Virus record (IMG/VR): IMGVR_UViG_3300021255_003500
Span: 9,962-73,961 of that record
Reading direction: 5' to 3' (one strand)
Length of the DNA stretch: 64,000 nucleotides
Source of the DNA: a virus
Taxonomy: Duplodnaviria; Heunggongvirae; Uroviricota; Caudoviricetes
The position numbers were made by a program, and so were the translations under genes. Position 1 is the stretch's first letter. Every line of letters starts with the position of its first letter. Of the stretch, positions 12,186 to 22,091 are shown in pieces. Under the pieces are notes generated by a model that made no database searches, was not told where the DNA came from, and saw nothing but the letters and a program-made list of their open reading frames with translations.

Positions 12186-13502
12186 TTGGACATCGTAACG
12201 TATATTCTCGCCAAGAAGAAAGGCGGGGGTGGAGGCGGTGGTAGCGGAAGCACAGTCGTTGTGGTCCCGAAGCTTTCGACTGGCACAAAGATTGCCGAAA
12301 TCGAAGTGGATGGATCCAACAACAGTCTGTTTGCGCCATCACCTGGCCTCACCAAAGTCGAGGGCGAACGGCTTGACATCGGCGATATCGGCGGACTGGA
12401 TGTGCCGATTGACGATACTGCCGGCTATGACGCCACAGACAAAGCCTGGAGCGCTGATAAGCTGACACGCGAGCTTGCGAACAAGCAGGACAAGCCTGCC
12501 ACTGCCGGTGTTGCCGGGCAGGTGCTGGGGCTGAATGAACAGCTCCAGCCCGTATGGACAGACGGAGGCAGCGGCGGAGCGGACATTGACGATACCGCAG
12601 GCGCCGGTACAACAGACAAGACGTGGAGCGCGAACAAGCTGACCACAGAGTTCGGCGGCGTGCACAGCGTGCCCACAGGCGGCGCTTCCGGTCAGATTCT
12701 GTCCAAAGCCAGCGGCACGAACTACGACACCCAGTGGGTGGACAGTGTTGCGCTGCTGCAGAACGACGAGGGTTTCTTCTCTCTGATCAGCAACATGCCG
12801 GTTGCTTCCGATAATATTGATGACACTGCCGGGGACGGCGATGTCGACAAGACCTGGAGCGCGGATAAGCTGGCGTCAGAGCTTTCCGGCAAGCAGGAAG
12901 CCGCTGCCAATACAGGAACTTCCGGACAGATCCTGAGTCTGAACTCACAGCTGAAACCGGTATGGATCAACAACACCGGCAGCAGTGCAAGCATCGACGA
13001 CAATGCCGGTGCCGGCATCACCAACAAAGCCTGGAGCGCGAACAAGCTGACCAATAAGTTTGGCGAAGTACACAGCGTTCCTACCGGTGGCACTACCGGG
13101 CAGGTGCTGGCTAAGAACAGCAGCACAAATTATGACGCCACATGGACTGACGCTGTCGAGGTAGTCTCCAACGAAAGCGGCAAGTATACCATTGTTGGCA
13201 ATGCGCCAATCACCGGCAGTCTGATCGACGACAATGCTGGGGATGAAGATACCGGTGTCACATGGAGTGCCGACAAGCTGGTAGACGAGTTTGCTTCCAA
13301 GCAGGATCAGCTGCCGAGCGGTGGCACAACCAATCAGGTGCTGGCCAGAGATGCCAATGGTAATCTCACATGGATTGACAAGGTGAGTGTCACATCTAAT
13401 CTGACTACCGGAGTGCAGATTGCCGCCATCCGTGTTGATGGAACGCTGACACGGATTTATGCACCCGCTGGCGGGTCAATTGAGGTGGTGAGGCTGGCAT
13501 GA
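12186..13502 (+). CDS. Tail-fibre protein with six repeats of about 45 aa (IDDTAGxGxTDKTWSADKL...GQVLxLNxQLxPVW).
   Basis: TTG start with AAGGAGGG RBS. Internal repeats read from the sequence. Gly-run linker after the N-terminus. Confidence 0.6.
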   Translation: MDIVTYILAKKKGGGGGGGSGSTVVVVPKLSTGTKIAEIEVDGSNNSLFAPSPGLTKVEGERLDIGDIGGLDVPIDDTAGYDATDKAWSADKLTRELANKQDKPATAGVAGQVLGLNEQLQPVWTDGGSGGADIDDTAGAGTTDKTWSANKLTTEFGGVHSVPTGGASGQILSKASGTNYDTQWVDSVALLQNDEGFFSLISNMPVASDNIDDTAGDGDVDKTWSADKLASELSGKQEAAANTGTSGQILSLNSQLKPVWINNTGSSASIDDNAGAGITNKAWSANKLTNKFGEVHSVPTGGTTGQVLAKNSSTNYDATWTDAVEVVSNESGKYTIVGNAPITGSLIDDNAGDEDTGVTWSADKLVDEFASKQDQLPSGGTTNQVLARDANGNLTWIDKVSVTSNLTTGVQIAAIRVDGTLTRIYAPAGGSIEVVRLA

Positions 13503-14185
13503 TCTACCTTGGGAATAAGCCGGTTGGGGTGGCGCTTGGATCGGCGATGTATGAGAAGGCGTCGAATTTGGCTTTTAATGGTGTTGATTTTGTTAGCCTT
13601 GGAATACCAGAAGTAACAATCAATAACTCCAACGAAAACGGGTTAGTGTTGAGCAGTGGATTTAATACCGCGATCGTTGAGAAAGTCACGATTAGGGCAA
13701 AATCCATAAAGGGGATAGAATACGGATTTATGAACACCCGAGAGCCTGCCGACCATAAACTCAAAGAAATCGTGTTCGATTTGGAAGTCGATTATGTAGG
13801 ACCTACGTGGCTACGAAGCGCGTTCTACGGGCGTTCCGGGCTTGTTTCTATCTCCGGCGCAGAACTGGACGGCAGCTCGTCAGCTAATTATGCGAGTACG
13901 TTTTCCGGCTGCGCGGCATTGCAGGAGGTAAGATTCCGAAAAAGCACATTCTTTGGGAGCCTTAACATGGCGTCTAGCTCTGCTTTATCCGACGCATCGC
14001 TTGTATCTATTGCCAACGGTCTCAACGAAAACTATGCTATGACGCTTACCCTCCACGCTACACCAAAAGCCCGCTGCTCTACGCTGATGGGAACAAACGA
14101 TAATGGCACATTTGTGGCTGACGAAAGCGGAACCCTGTCGTTGGCGGACTTCATTACAACTGTAAAGGGGTGGACGCTGGCATGA
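13499..14185 (+). CDS. BspA-like leucine-rich-repeat (LRR_5) protein.
   Basis: Motifs FSGCAALQEVRF and LVSISGAELDGSS resemble BspA-type LRRs. Confidence 0.45.
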   Translation: MIYLGNKPVGVALGSAMYEKASNLAFNGVDFVSLGIPEVTINNSNENGLVLSSGFNTAIVEKVTIRAKSIKGIEYGFMNTREPADHKLKEIVFDLEVDYVGPTWLRSAFYGRSGLVSISGAELDGSSSANYASTFSGCAALQEVRFRKSTFFGSLNMASSSALSDASLVSIANGLNENYAMTLTLHATPKARCSTLMGTNDNGTFVADESGTLSLADFITTVKGWTLA

Positions 14186-14604
14186 GCCTACAGAAAATTG
14201 TTTACCTGACCGAATCGCAGGCGCAGACGCTGTTCGCCAATGGCGCAATCACCGTTGACGGCGTGACTGTTACCTACAGCGCGGATGACCTGTATGTCAC
14301 ACCTGCCAGCCCTGCGGCAGAGGTATCCGTTGTTACGCCGCCTAGTGGCAACACGTTCGCTCTTGACCCGTGCCCTGTTACCTACAACTTCGGTGAAAAG
14401 GCCGAGCTGACTGTAACCGTAGCCGCAACGTCGCAGTATCATTTCATGTTCAGTTGCCCTTCCAGCGCTGCTACCGTCCTGACGATCACAGGCATCACCG
14501 GCAAGACTGGCGATACCACGCTGGAAGCAGGCGGCACGTATGAAGTGGACGTGTGGGCCGGGATCGCTTTCATTAAGAAGCTTGAAGTGGAGGCGGTTAC
14601 ATGA
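14170..14604 (+). CDS. Hypothetical tail-module protein.
   Basis: ORF that overlaps its neighbours by a few nucleotides (ATGA-style coupling). Confidence 0.45.
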   Translation: MDAGMSLQKIVYLTESQAQTLFANGAITVDGVTVTYSADDLYVTPASPAAEVSVVTPPSGNTFALDPCPVTYNFGEKAELTVTVAATSQYHFMFSCPSSAATVLTITGITGKTGDTTLEAGGTYEVDVWAGIAFIKKLEVEAVT

Positions 14605-15896
14605 GCATGATGCTGCGACGGGGGATGATGCGAAGAACGGCTGGCGTACTGCCCGCAGCGTATCAAAGGGTTGAATACTTGCAATCCAGCTCAGGTCAAT
14701 ACATCGATAATATCCCTATAACGTTTGACGGGCAAGGCATTGATATGCTCGCGAAGTTTCAAGTATTAGAACGAAAACTGTATGGGCCATATATCTTTTC
14801 TACGCTCAGCACAATGCTATATTTCGTCATACGCAACCACAGTTCGGAAAAAACACGATTCAAAATCAACAATGTTAATTACAATTCAAGCGCGTCCCCG
14901 CCATCTAATGTGCCCCTGGAAGTGTCGATTAGCGACGGCGTTGCAAGGATGTCATATTCCGACGAAACAATGGTCGTTCCATCTCCGGCTGGAAGCAGTA
15001 CACTCACCGTATTCGCTTACTCAGGAGAACCAGCGGGAACAACTTACAACGCGCCAATCAGAATAAGCTACCTGCGGCTCAAAAACCTTGACGGTACAGG
15101 TATTGAACTGATCCCATGCGTCCGCATCTCGGACAGCAAGCCTGGTATGTATGATACCGTAAGCAGTACTTTCTACACCAACTCTGGAACAGGCGAGTTC
15201 GAGGTGGGGCCGGAAGTCACGCCAGAAGGATACATCAAGAGCGGGTTGGTGCTCTGGCTTGACGGAATCGACAAGGGCAGTAATCCGGCGCTTTGGCCTG
15301 ACAAGCTGGGAGAATATAATTTCGATCTGACAGGCTGTACCTTCACGGCAGACGGCGTGGTCTTCGACGGGAATGGGCGCGGCAGCCGGACCGGAAACAT
15401 CCCAGCGACCATCGCTGCGGGAACCGTAGAATTCTGCGTGGAGATGGACGCCACCAACGAGACAAACGTCTGGGGTGGCATCATCATCCCCGGCACAGCG
15501 GACAGCCGCAGCCATATCGGCGCGGATCTGCGCTATGATTACAACGCCACGGAGGAAAGCCCTGCTTTCAGCATCGCCAACGATTTCCGGACCCAGTCCA
15601 GCAAGTACCGTTTCTTCCCAGGCGTACGGATTCTGACCGCCAGCGCCACGGAAGAAGCCTGCTACGCCAACGGCATGGCTGTTGAATCCGCATATAGTTC
15701 CAGTTACGGAAGCTTTGCCCCGAACAGCAGTGCCAACCTGGTGACTATTGGATACCGGAACTACAGCGGCGTGGGCCACGTCTTCAAGGGGACCATTCAC
15801 GCCATCCGCATGTATAATCGCCAGCTGACAGCAGCAGAAATGCTGACCAACCAGCGGCTTGACAACGCCCGGTTCAATCTGGGCCTGAACATCTGA
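14601..15896 (+). CDS. Receptor-binding/tail-fibre protein with a C-terminal LamG/concanavalin-like domain. Paralog of 11241..11903.
   Basis: Shares the YQRVEYL and GMYDTVSSTFYTNSGTGEF motifs with the 11241 gene. The C-terminus (...TIHAIRMYNRQLTAAEML) is LamG-like. Confidence 0.55.
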   Translation: MSMMLRRGMMRRTAGVLPAAYQRVEYLQSSSGQYIDNIPITFDGQGIDMLAKFQVLERKLYGPYIFSTLSTMLYFVIRNHSSEKTRFKINNVNYNSSASPPSNVPLEVSISDGVARMSYSDETMVVPSPAGSSTLTVFAYSGEPAGTTYNAPIRISYLRLKNLDGTGIELIPCVRISDSKPGMYDTVSSTFYTNSGTGEFEVGPEVTPEGYIKSGLVLWLDGIDKGSNPALWPDKLGEYNFDLTGCTFTADGVVFDGNGRGSRTGNIPATIAAGTVEFCVEMDATNETNVWGGIIIPGTADSRSHIGADLRYDYNATEESPAFSIANDFRTQSSKYRFFPGVRILTASATEEACYANGMAVESAYSSSYGSFAPNSSANLVTIGYRNYSGVGHVFKGTIHAIRMYNRQLTAAEMLTNQRLDNARFNLGLNI

Positions 15897-15911
15897 ACGG
15901 AGGTATGATCT

Positions 15912-16238
15912 ATGGCACGTACTATTTATATCGTCAATGCTACACAGGTTGTGACCAGCGAGGCCCATCCGGAAGGTATGTATTCCGTGAAGCCTGACTA
16001 TCCGAAGACTTTCGACAGTCTGAACTATGACGGCAATACACAACGCGCTTTTGAAGTGGCCGAAGCGGAGTATCGCGCCTGCGAGAGTGCGATGCTGCTG
16101 GATACCAACCCCACTCGAGTGATGCAGACCATCACTATGGAGCGTTCGGATGGCACTCCCTATTATCATCGCAGCAAGGGTGCGTTCCCGGTTGTTTCCA
16201 AACCAGAACCGGAGGCAGAGGAGCAGCCTGCTGAGTAA
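15912..16238 (+). CDS. Hypothetical protein.
   Basis: ORF with an RBS. TAA stop. Confidence 0.45.
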   Translation: MARTIYIVNATQVVTSEAHPEGMYSVKPDYPKTFDSLNYDGNTQRAFEVAEAEYRACESAMLLDTNPTRVMQTITMERSDGTPYYHRSKGAFPVVSKPEPEAEEQPAE

Positions 16239-16259
16239 GTTCAAACAGAGGTGAGTTAA

Positions 16260-16448
16260 ATGCCTGAAATCAATAAAATCCAGATCGGTCAGACGGTGTA
16301 CACACTCGCCGATGAAGTGGCCAGGTCTGGAAGCAATACGATCAGCCTGAACAATGTCAGGCGATACGTAAGCGATTTTACCACCGATGTGCTGACCGTT
16401 ACGGTGGGTGTGCTGGATCAAGCCACCCACCGGCTTTACGCAACATAA
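16260..16448 (+). CDS. Small protein with the N-terminal anchor motif (MPEINKIQIGQTVYTLADE).
   Basis: Motif is shared with the gene at 17405 (MPEINQLTSGGQVYRFQDSE). Confidence 0.4.
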   Translation: MPEINKIQIGQTVYTLADEVARSGSNTISLNNVRRYVSDFTTDVLTVTVGVLDQATHRLYAT

Positions 16449-16460
16449 GGAGGTGGAAAC

Positions 16461-17405
16461 ATGTCTTTAACAATCAGTCAACTCGTAATCGGTTCCAAGA
16501 TCCGCGTTCAAGAAGGTGAGGACTGGGTAGATTATTGGGTGATGGAAAACGACGACGCAGGCGCAGTGATCATGCGGGACAAGCTGCTGGCCGACAGCCA
16601 GAAGCGGAATACCGGCAATGCAGCCAAATGGCCAGACAGTCCGCTGGATGTCTGGCTGAACGATAGCTCGGAAGGGTTTATTTCTACCCTGAGTACAGCC
16701 GCACAGAATGCGCTGGCTCTGCGTAATATCGAGACTTATGTCTTTGAAAATTCCGCGATACAGCAGATCCCGCGAAAGGTGTGGATTCCAAGTTACATGA
16801 ACCTGATGGGCACCGGCGACGGAACGATCCCCGCAGAAGGGAAGGACTGGTCCGCGCAGCTGTATCTGATCACAGGCGCCTGGGGCAATGATGCCCGAAA
16901 GGCTATGGTGACGGACACCGCAGGATACTGGTGGACCAGAACGATCAAAACCCAGTGGCTGGGCTATCTGGTGAACACGAGCGGTGCGCTGGTGGACGAC
17001 AACCCGAAGAGCGGCTACAAGATCCGGCCGGTGCTGAACATTGCTCCGACGACCGTTGTCGTTGACGCAGGCGACGGCGCTTATGCGCTGACAGGGGACG
17101 GCAATGTTCCCACGTATCACATCGAAGCGACGGAAATTGTCAGCAAGTGCGTTGAACGTCCAGTAAAGGCGCGGGTTATCTACAATGCCGTCGATCTGAC
17201 CAATGTCAGCGTCTGGGTCAGCAATAACGCCGGGGATGTTGAACCTGTGTGGGTGAATGCCACCTCGGGCAACGAAGTAACGCTGGCGAATGATGCTAAG
17301 ACAACAGATAATTGGATGCTTGGTGTCAAGTATTATGGAGAATGCACCGCACCAAACCATGGCTATTTCACGGAGCCTGAGCTGTTCACGGTGGAGGTGA
17401 TCTGA
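16461..17405 (+). CDS. Hypothetical tail-module protein.
   Basis: ORF with RBS AAGGAGGTG. TGA stop overlaps the next start. Confidence 0.5.
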   Translation: MSLTISQLVIGSKIRVQEGEDWVDYWVMENDDAGAVIMRDKLLADSQKRNTGNAAKWPDSPLDVWLNDSSEGFISTLSTAAQNALALRNIETYVFENSAIQQIPRKVWIPSYMNLMGTGDGTIPAEGKDWSAQLYLITGAWGNDARKAMVTDTAGYWWTRTIKTQWLGYLVNTSGALVDDNPKSGYKIRPVLNIAPTTVVVDAGDGAYALTGDGNVPTYHIEATEIVSKCVERPVKARVIYNAVDLTNVSVWVSNNAGDVEPVWVNATSGNEVTLANDAKTTDNWMLGVKYYGECTAPNHGYFTEPELFTVEVI

Positions 17406-19222
17406 TGCCAGAAATTAATCAGCTGACATCAGGCGGCCAGGTATACAGATTCCAGGACAGCGAGATGCGAAAACCGGAAAAGGTAGCCGAGCTTGGACTG
17501 CTGCGTGATCGGATGCTGTATCCGATTTATGTGGGCGACTATTTCTCGGACGGCTATCATCTGCCGAGCTGTTGTCTGCGGATGGGGAACTATATCTATA
17601 CGTTCGATGCGGCGGAGTCGTCTTACTCTGCCGAGCAGGGAACAGAGGATGGCATCATCCGGAAGTTTGACCTGGCAAACAATGTAGAAGTCACGGATGC
17701 CAGGATGGAGACCCCGCTTGGACATGCCAACTCTGTGGCTTATGACCCCATCGATCAGATCGTGTACGTCTGTCCGCTGCGCTTCTACGCGCAGACACCG
17801 AGCGTAACAGCTTATGCCTTCTATCGGTTCGACAGCAATATGCAGCCTCTGGAGATGGAATACATTCCGGACCAGATGTTCAATCCACACATGGTCAGCT
17901 ACGACCCAGTAACGCAGAACCTGTATGCTTTTGGATATTCAAGCCACGATAACGTCTATGTTCGCAACCGGGCAACAGGTACCTGGGAATTCTACACAAC
18001 CGTAGACGTTCCAAAGGAGAATACTGCGCATAATATTAGCTATGACCAGGACTTCGCGGTGTACAATAACTACTGGTTCCGGTCTTCCGTTAAGGGAAAC
18101 ATCATTTGGGGCAAGCTTGAGCCTGGTACATCGAATTATATTGGCGGCTTCACGTTCGGCGGCATGGACAGCAACGGCAAGTGGGCTCTGGGTGAGCTGG
18201 AGGGCATGGAGTTCGACAGCAACGGCCATCTCTACGCGACATGCTTCACGCAGCTGAGCTCGGATGCGAAGAACGCCTTCGTCACCGAGCTGCCGGTAGG
18301 TATTGTCCGCGCAGAAGGTACTGCGATCCCTGACAGCGACAGAACCTTCGCTTCGTCCATGACGCTTTCCGAAGAGACACAAAAGAAGTTTGCGCTGACG
18401 CTGACACAGGTGCGCAGCGTGCAGCAGCTGGAAGCCAAGATCCTGCGCAACAACATCTCCGAAGTGCAGATACCGCTGGATAACAACGTAATAGACACCG
18501 GCATCATCCGGATCAACGACCGCATCAAGCTGACGCTGTATGGCAAATACACCTGTTCGCAGATCGATATCTACGGCGGCGCGTTGAACATCAGCTGCAT
18601 GACCTCCATGCCCGAAGCGATCCTGACCTTCCTGACTATGGGTACACCGATCAGGTTGTATCGCACCGGCGAGCTGATGATTACCGGCACGTCGACCATG
18701 CGCGTTGCGCATCCAAATAACAGTGGTCTGCGCAGGCTGGTAGACGTTGGGTATGACTACAACAGAACCACGATCCGTATTCGTCCGCAGGATTTCGAAG
18801 CTACCGGTGGCGAGAACAGGATGCTGATCGGCAATAACTGGCTGAACAACGACTGCGTGTATCGTGGGCAGCAGGAGATCGTTATGCCTGGCTATGCTGA
18901 TGGCAGATCCTATCTGACCAACGATTACATCACAAGAGAGACCATGCTTGCTGGGTACAACTATTACATGTTTGCCGGCAGTCTGTCTACTGCTTCACTG
19001 GATGTTACCGTTTCTGCTTCTATCCCTCAGGGGACTAAGGTTTCATTTGTGCGCTGTTCCGCCAAGCCGCCTCGGCATCTGATCGCGCAGTATCTGGTTG
19101 GATCAGATGGAACGCTCACACTGTTTGAAATTGATACCGATGGCAGCTGTTCTCTGACGCCAATTAACCAGGATAGTGGAGCAACAGAACGTTTCGCCTG
19201 TTCTCTTGTTGTGCCTTGCTAA
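17405..19222 (+). CDS. Large tail spike/fibre-like protein carrying the MPEIN N-terminal motif.
   Basis: 605-aa ORF. N-terminal motif shared with the gene at 16260. Last large gene before the lysis cassette. Confidence 0.5.
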   Translation: MPEINQLTSGGQVYRFQDSEMRKPEKVAELGLLRDRMLYPIYVGDYFSDGYHLPSCCLRMGNYIYTFDAAESSYSAEQGTEDGIIRKFDLANNVEVTDARMETPLGHANSVAYDPIDQIVYVCPLRFYAQTPSVTAYAFYRFDSNMQPLEMEYIPDQMFNPHMVSYDPVTQNLYAFGYSSHDNVYVRNRATGTWEFYTTVDVPKENTAHNISYDQDFAVYNNYWFRSSVKGNIIWGKLEPGTSNYIGGFTFGGMDSNGKWALGELEGMEFDSNGHLYATCFTQLSSDAKNAFVTELPVGIVRAEGTAIPDSDRTFASSMTLSEETQKKFALTLTQVRSVQQLEAKILRNNISEVQIPLDNNVIDTGIIRINDRIKLTLYGKYTCSQIDIYGGALNISCMTSMPEAILTFLTMGTPIRLYRTGELMITGTSTMRVAHPNNSGLRRLVDVGYDYNRTTIRIRPQDFEATGGENRMLIGNNWLNNDCVYRGQQEIVMPGYADGRSYLTNDYITRETMLAGYNYYMFAGSLSTASLDVTVSASIPQGTKVSFVRCSAKPPRHLIAQYLVGSDGTLTLFEIDTDGSCSLTPINQDSGATERFACSLVVPC

Positions 19223-19240
19223 TAAGGAGTGTGAATCAGT

Positions 19241-19336
19241 ATGATCACGAAGACAAAACGAATCATTGCTTTTATTCTGGCTGTCGCTTATTCCGCAATG
19301 CTGATCGGAACTGCAGTTCTTGGGATGCTTCGTTGA
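19241..19336 (+). CDS. 31-aa hydrophobic membrane peptide (MITKTKRIIAFILAVAYSAMLIGTAVLGMLR).
   Basis: AAGGAG RBS 8 nt upstream. One predicted TM helix. Sits directly before the endolysin. Confidence 0.35.
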   Translation: MITKTKRIIAFILAVAYSAMLIGTAVLGMLR

Positions 19337-19343
19337 GCCGGTG

Positions 19344-20138
19344 ATGACAATGGCTGTATCAGCAAAAGAATTCTCCATGCAGGGAGATAAGTATCTTGGT
19401 CGGCCTTACAGTGAGATGGATTGCCAAGCTTTCGTGGAACAAATGATGTCGGATGTCGGCATCAAAACGGATCTGAAAGGATCCAACGCCTGGTTCAGAA
19501 AGGTAACGTGGGTTGGAACACCCGAGGAATGCAAAGCCAAGTTTGGATAGATCCCGGTGGGGGCTCTCCTCTTTATCTGGAAAGATGACGGAGGAGAGAT
19601 CCCCCGGGGGTATAAGGACGGACTTGGCAATGCTTCGCATATCGGTGTCTACATTGCTCGCGAAGAAGGTGCGATCCATTCCAGCAGCAGCAAGCACAAG
19701 GTATGCTACAGTAAGTTCTCTGGCAAGAGTATTAAAGGTGGCTGGAACAGAGTTGGCTTATGGGATCGCTTCGATTACGGGCAGCACATCAACCAAATAC
19801 TGAACCAGGACTCAAATCAAAATGAAAGGGATGAGAGTCCTATGTTATATACTGGTATTATCACATCTTCCAACGGAAAGGGAGCCAACCTGCGATCAAA
19901 GAAATCCACTAGCTCCGATCTGATTGTCAGGATGGGAGAAGGCGACAGCGTTGAAGTGCTCGAAGACAACGGCAGCTGGCTGAAGGTTACATATGGAACC
20001 TATACCGGCTACGTGCTGAAGAGCCTGGTTGCTCAGGCGGACTACGAGAAGGAGACCACGCCTGTTACCGTAACTCTGCCGTACAATATTGCCCTTGAAC
20101 TGAGAGACGCCCTCATCAATGCGATGGGGGTGGGTTAA
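19344..20138 (+). CDS. Endolysin with an NlpC/P60 (CHAP-like) cysteine peptidase domain and a C-terminal SH3b domain. In-frame TAG at 19548-19550.
   Basis: Track ORFs 19320..19550 and 19557..20138 share frame 0 and are separated only by TAG. The catalytic Cys (SEMDCQAF) lies upstream of the TAG and the His (NASHIGVY) downstream. The SH3b-like C-terminus reads GANLRS...WLKVTYGTYTGYVL. Confidence 0.7.
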
Positions 20139-20139
20139 A

Positions 20140-20496
20140 GTGGAGAACTTAACGCTTGACAACCTCAAAGTAGCTGTCCTGGTGATCCTTGGGGTCATGG
20201 CGCTGCTGGTGTCGGTGGAGAAAGGTATCGAAGCTTTTCATAAGCTTTTCAGAAAGCGCTCTGAGGATCTGCAGCAGTAGCAGAACCAACGGATCAGCAC
20301 ACTGGAAACCAGAGTGGCTTCCTGTGAAAGCAGGCTGACCCGTGGCGACGAGAAGTTTGCTTCCATTGAGGAAGACAACAAGCAGATGCTTGTAGCGCTA
20401 AACGCAATGCTGATGCATATGATCAGCGGAAACGATCACGCAAAGCTGACCAGCGTCAAGCAGCAGCTCGATCAGTATCTGGCATCCAGAAGGTGA
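20140..20496 (+). CDS. Lysis-cassette membrane protein with an N-terminal TM helix and a coiled-coil tail. In-frame TAG at 20278-20280.
   Basis: Frame 1 is open from GTG 20140 through the TAG to TGA 20494. Contains LKVAVLVILGVMALLVSV then EDLQQ(TAG)QNQRISTLETRV.... Confidence 0.5.
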
Positions 20497-20500
20497 TCTG

Positions 20501-20788
20501 ATGGCAATTATCAAGGCGACACGTCCAGCAAGACTGGCAGCTACTTATGTGCAGTTTTCCAAACGGATCGCCACAGCAATTGCTGTCTTCTGGTGCGTAT
20601 ATCGGATCCTGAACATCGTTATCATCTTCTTCAGGCCAGAGCTTAGCACGGCCTTATATCAGATGCTGTCCGGCGTGGACGATGTGATGATGGTATCCAT
20701 TGGTTTCTACACCGGCAACAGCGTTGTTGAGAAGGGTATCACTGGTTACTTCGGAGCGAAGAGCGCCGCAGCAGACAGTGATGGCTAA
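20501..20788 (+). CDS. Holin-like protein with two TM segments.
   Basis: TM1 IATAIAVFWCVYRILNIVIIFF and TM2 VMMVSIGFYTG. Last late gene before the terminator. Confidence 0.6.
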   Translation: MAIIKATRPARLAATYVQFSKRIATAIAVFWCVYRILNIVIIFFRPELSTALYQMLSGVDDVMMVSIGFYTGNSVVEKGITGYFGAKSAAADSDG

Positions 20789-20842
20789 AAAAAAGAGAGT
20801 ACTCAAGTGTCCACTGTGGACATTCGGGTACTCTTTTTTTAT
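20789..20842. terminator. Bidirectional rho-independent terminator (A-run, nested GAGTAC/GTACTC and TGTCCA/TGGACA stems, T-run).
   Basis: AAAAAAAGAGAGTAC-TCAAG-TGTCCAC-TG-TGGACA-TTCGG-GTACTCTTTTTTTAT read directly from the sequence. Confidence 0.6.
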
Positions 20843-20904
20843 CCGATTGCTTATGTTAATATACCTGACAGATAGACTAAAACAAACAATCGAAGCATAG
20901 GATT

Positions 20905-20962
20905 CGAGCATATTGTGGGTCTGCAAAACCTTCATTCTCCGGTTCAAATCCGGATGGCACCT
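20905..20962 (+). other. Probable attachment-site core: the 3' fragment of a tRNA gene (T-arm TCCGG-TTCAAAT-CCGGA plus acceptor 3' strand TGGCACC) with no matching 5' half.
   Basis: GGTTCAAATCC T-loop and acceptor 3' strand are present. The complementary GGTGCCA is absent upstream. Lies immediately adjacent to the integrase. Confidence 0.45.
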
Positions 20963-21061
20963 CGGAATCCTTTAGAAATCAGGCTTTGGATGGTCGACCG
21001 GGGCCTGATTTTCTTTTGTTTTTCTGAGGAGACCTTTGCGCTTTTTTGAAAAAACCTTTAT

Positions 21062-22039
21062 TCAAGCATTGATAGCTTTATACATATCTTCGAAGGCATC
21101 ACCATAAAGATTGATGTAAGTATTGTAGGTAACTGTCGTGCTGGAATGACCGAGGATCTTGGACAGGATCTTGACATCCATGCCCTTATAGTAGCAGTTG
21201 GTGGCGAAGGTGTGGCGCAGAGCGTGCTCACCGTAGTAAGGAACCATAGCCAGAGAGCAGAGCTTCTTGGTTTGGTAGACCAGCGCTGCGTAGGACAGGC
21301 GTTCTCCCCTGCTTTGGAAGACCCATTCGGTGTCAGAGAGGGTTCTGGCCTTCATCAGCAGCTCAATGGCATGCTTGGTCAATGGTACGATACGCACACT
21401 GGATAAGGATTTTGGAGATTCCTGGATGTAGGCGTTGGTTTTGTGCATCAGGTTGACAACGGTAGCGCCAATCCGGATGCGGCAGCGGCTGACATCTACG
21501 TCCTTCCAGCGAAGAGCCAGTGCTTCTCCTACCCGAAGTCCTGTTTCGATAATGAATCCGATGCAGATAGCTCCGATACCGCCATCAGCATCCAGGACGG
21601 AAGCCAGACGGGCCTGTTCCTCTTTGGTATAAGCCTGGATATCCTTCTTCTGCTTCTTGATGTTGGTAGGCGCAGGGAGATTTACGCCTACGGTAGGATC
21701 ACTTTGGATGATCCGCATGGCAGCTGCCTGCTTGAGCGGCGCTGTCAGCAGACGATACTGCTTCTGGATGGTGGTCAGGCTGTATCCGTCGTCTGCGAGA
21801 CGATTGAGGTACAGCTGCACATCGAAGAATGTAATCTCTCCCACGGGTTTCTGGGAAATCGGGTACTTTTCCAGGGCCTTGAAGGATGTAACCAGCCTCT
21901 GGTAGGAAGAGGGCTTGATGGCTGTGCGTTTGAATGTCGTCAGCCAGACATCGATATACTGCGAGAGAGACATTGATGCTTGCAACATGGTATATTTTCC
22001 TTTCTCTCGCTCGAATCCTATGCTGTTGTCAAGGTTCAC
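21062..22039 (-). CDS. int: Tyrosine site-specific integrase.
   Basis: C-terminal R..HxxR..Y catalytic motifs (HALRHTFATNCYYKGMDVKILSKILGHSSTTVTYNTY). Convergent with the late operon. Confidence 0.9.
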   Translation of the reverse strand: MNLDNSIGFEREKGKYTMLQASMSLSQYIDVWLTTFKRTAIKPSSYQRLVTSFKALEKYPISQKPVGEITFFDVQLYLNRLADDGYSLTTIQKQYRLLTAPLKQAAAMRIIQSDPTVGVNLPAPTNIKKQKKDIQAYTKEEQARLASVLDADGGIGAICIGFIIETGLRVGEALALRWKDVDVSRCRIRIGATVVNLMHKTNAYIQESPKSLSSVRIVPLTKHAIELLMKARTLSDTEWVFQSRGERLSYAALVYQTKKLCSLAMVPYYGEHALRHTFATNCYYKGMDVKILSKILGHSSTTVTYNTYINLYGDAFEDMYKAINA

Positions 22040-22091
22040 AGACTTACCTCCTGTATTTTAACCTTTATTCAAGAAAAAAACAAGGGCTGTC

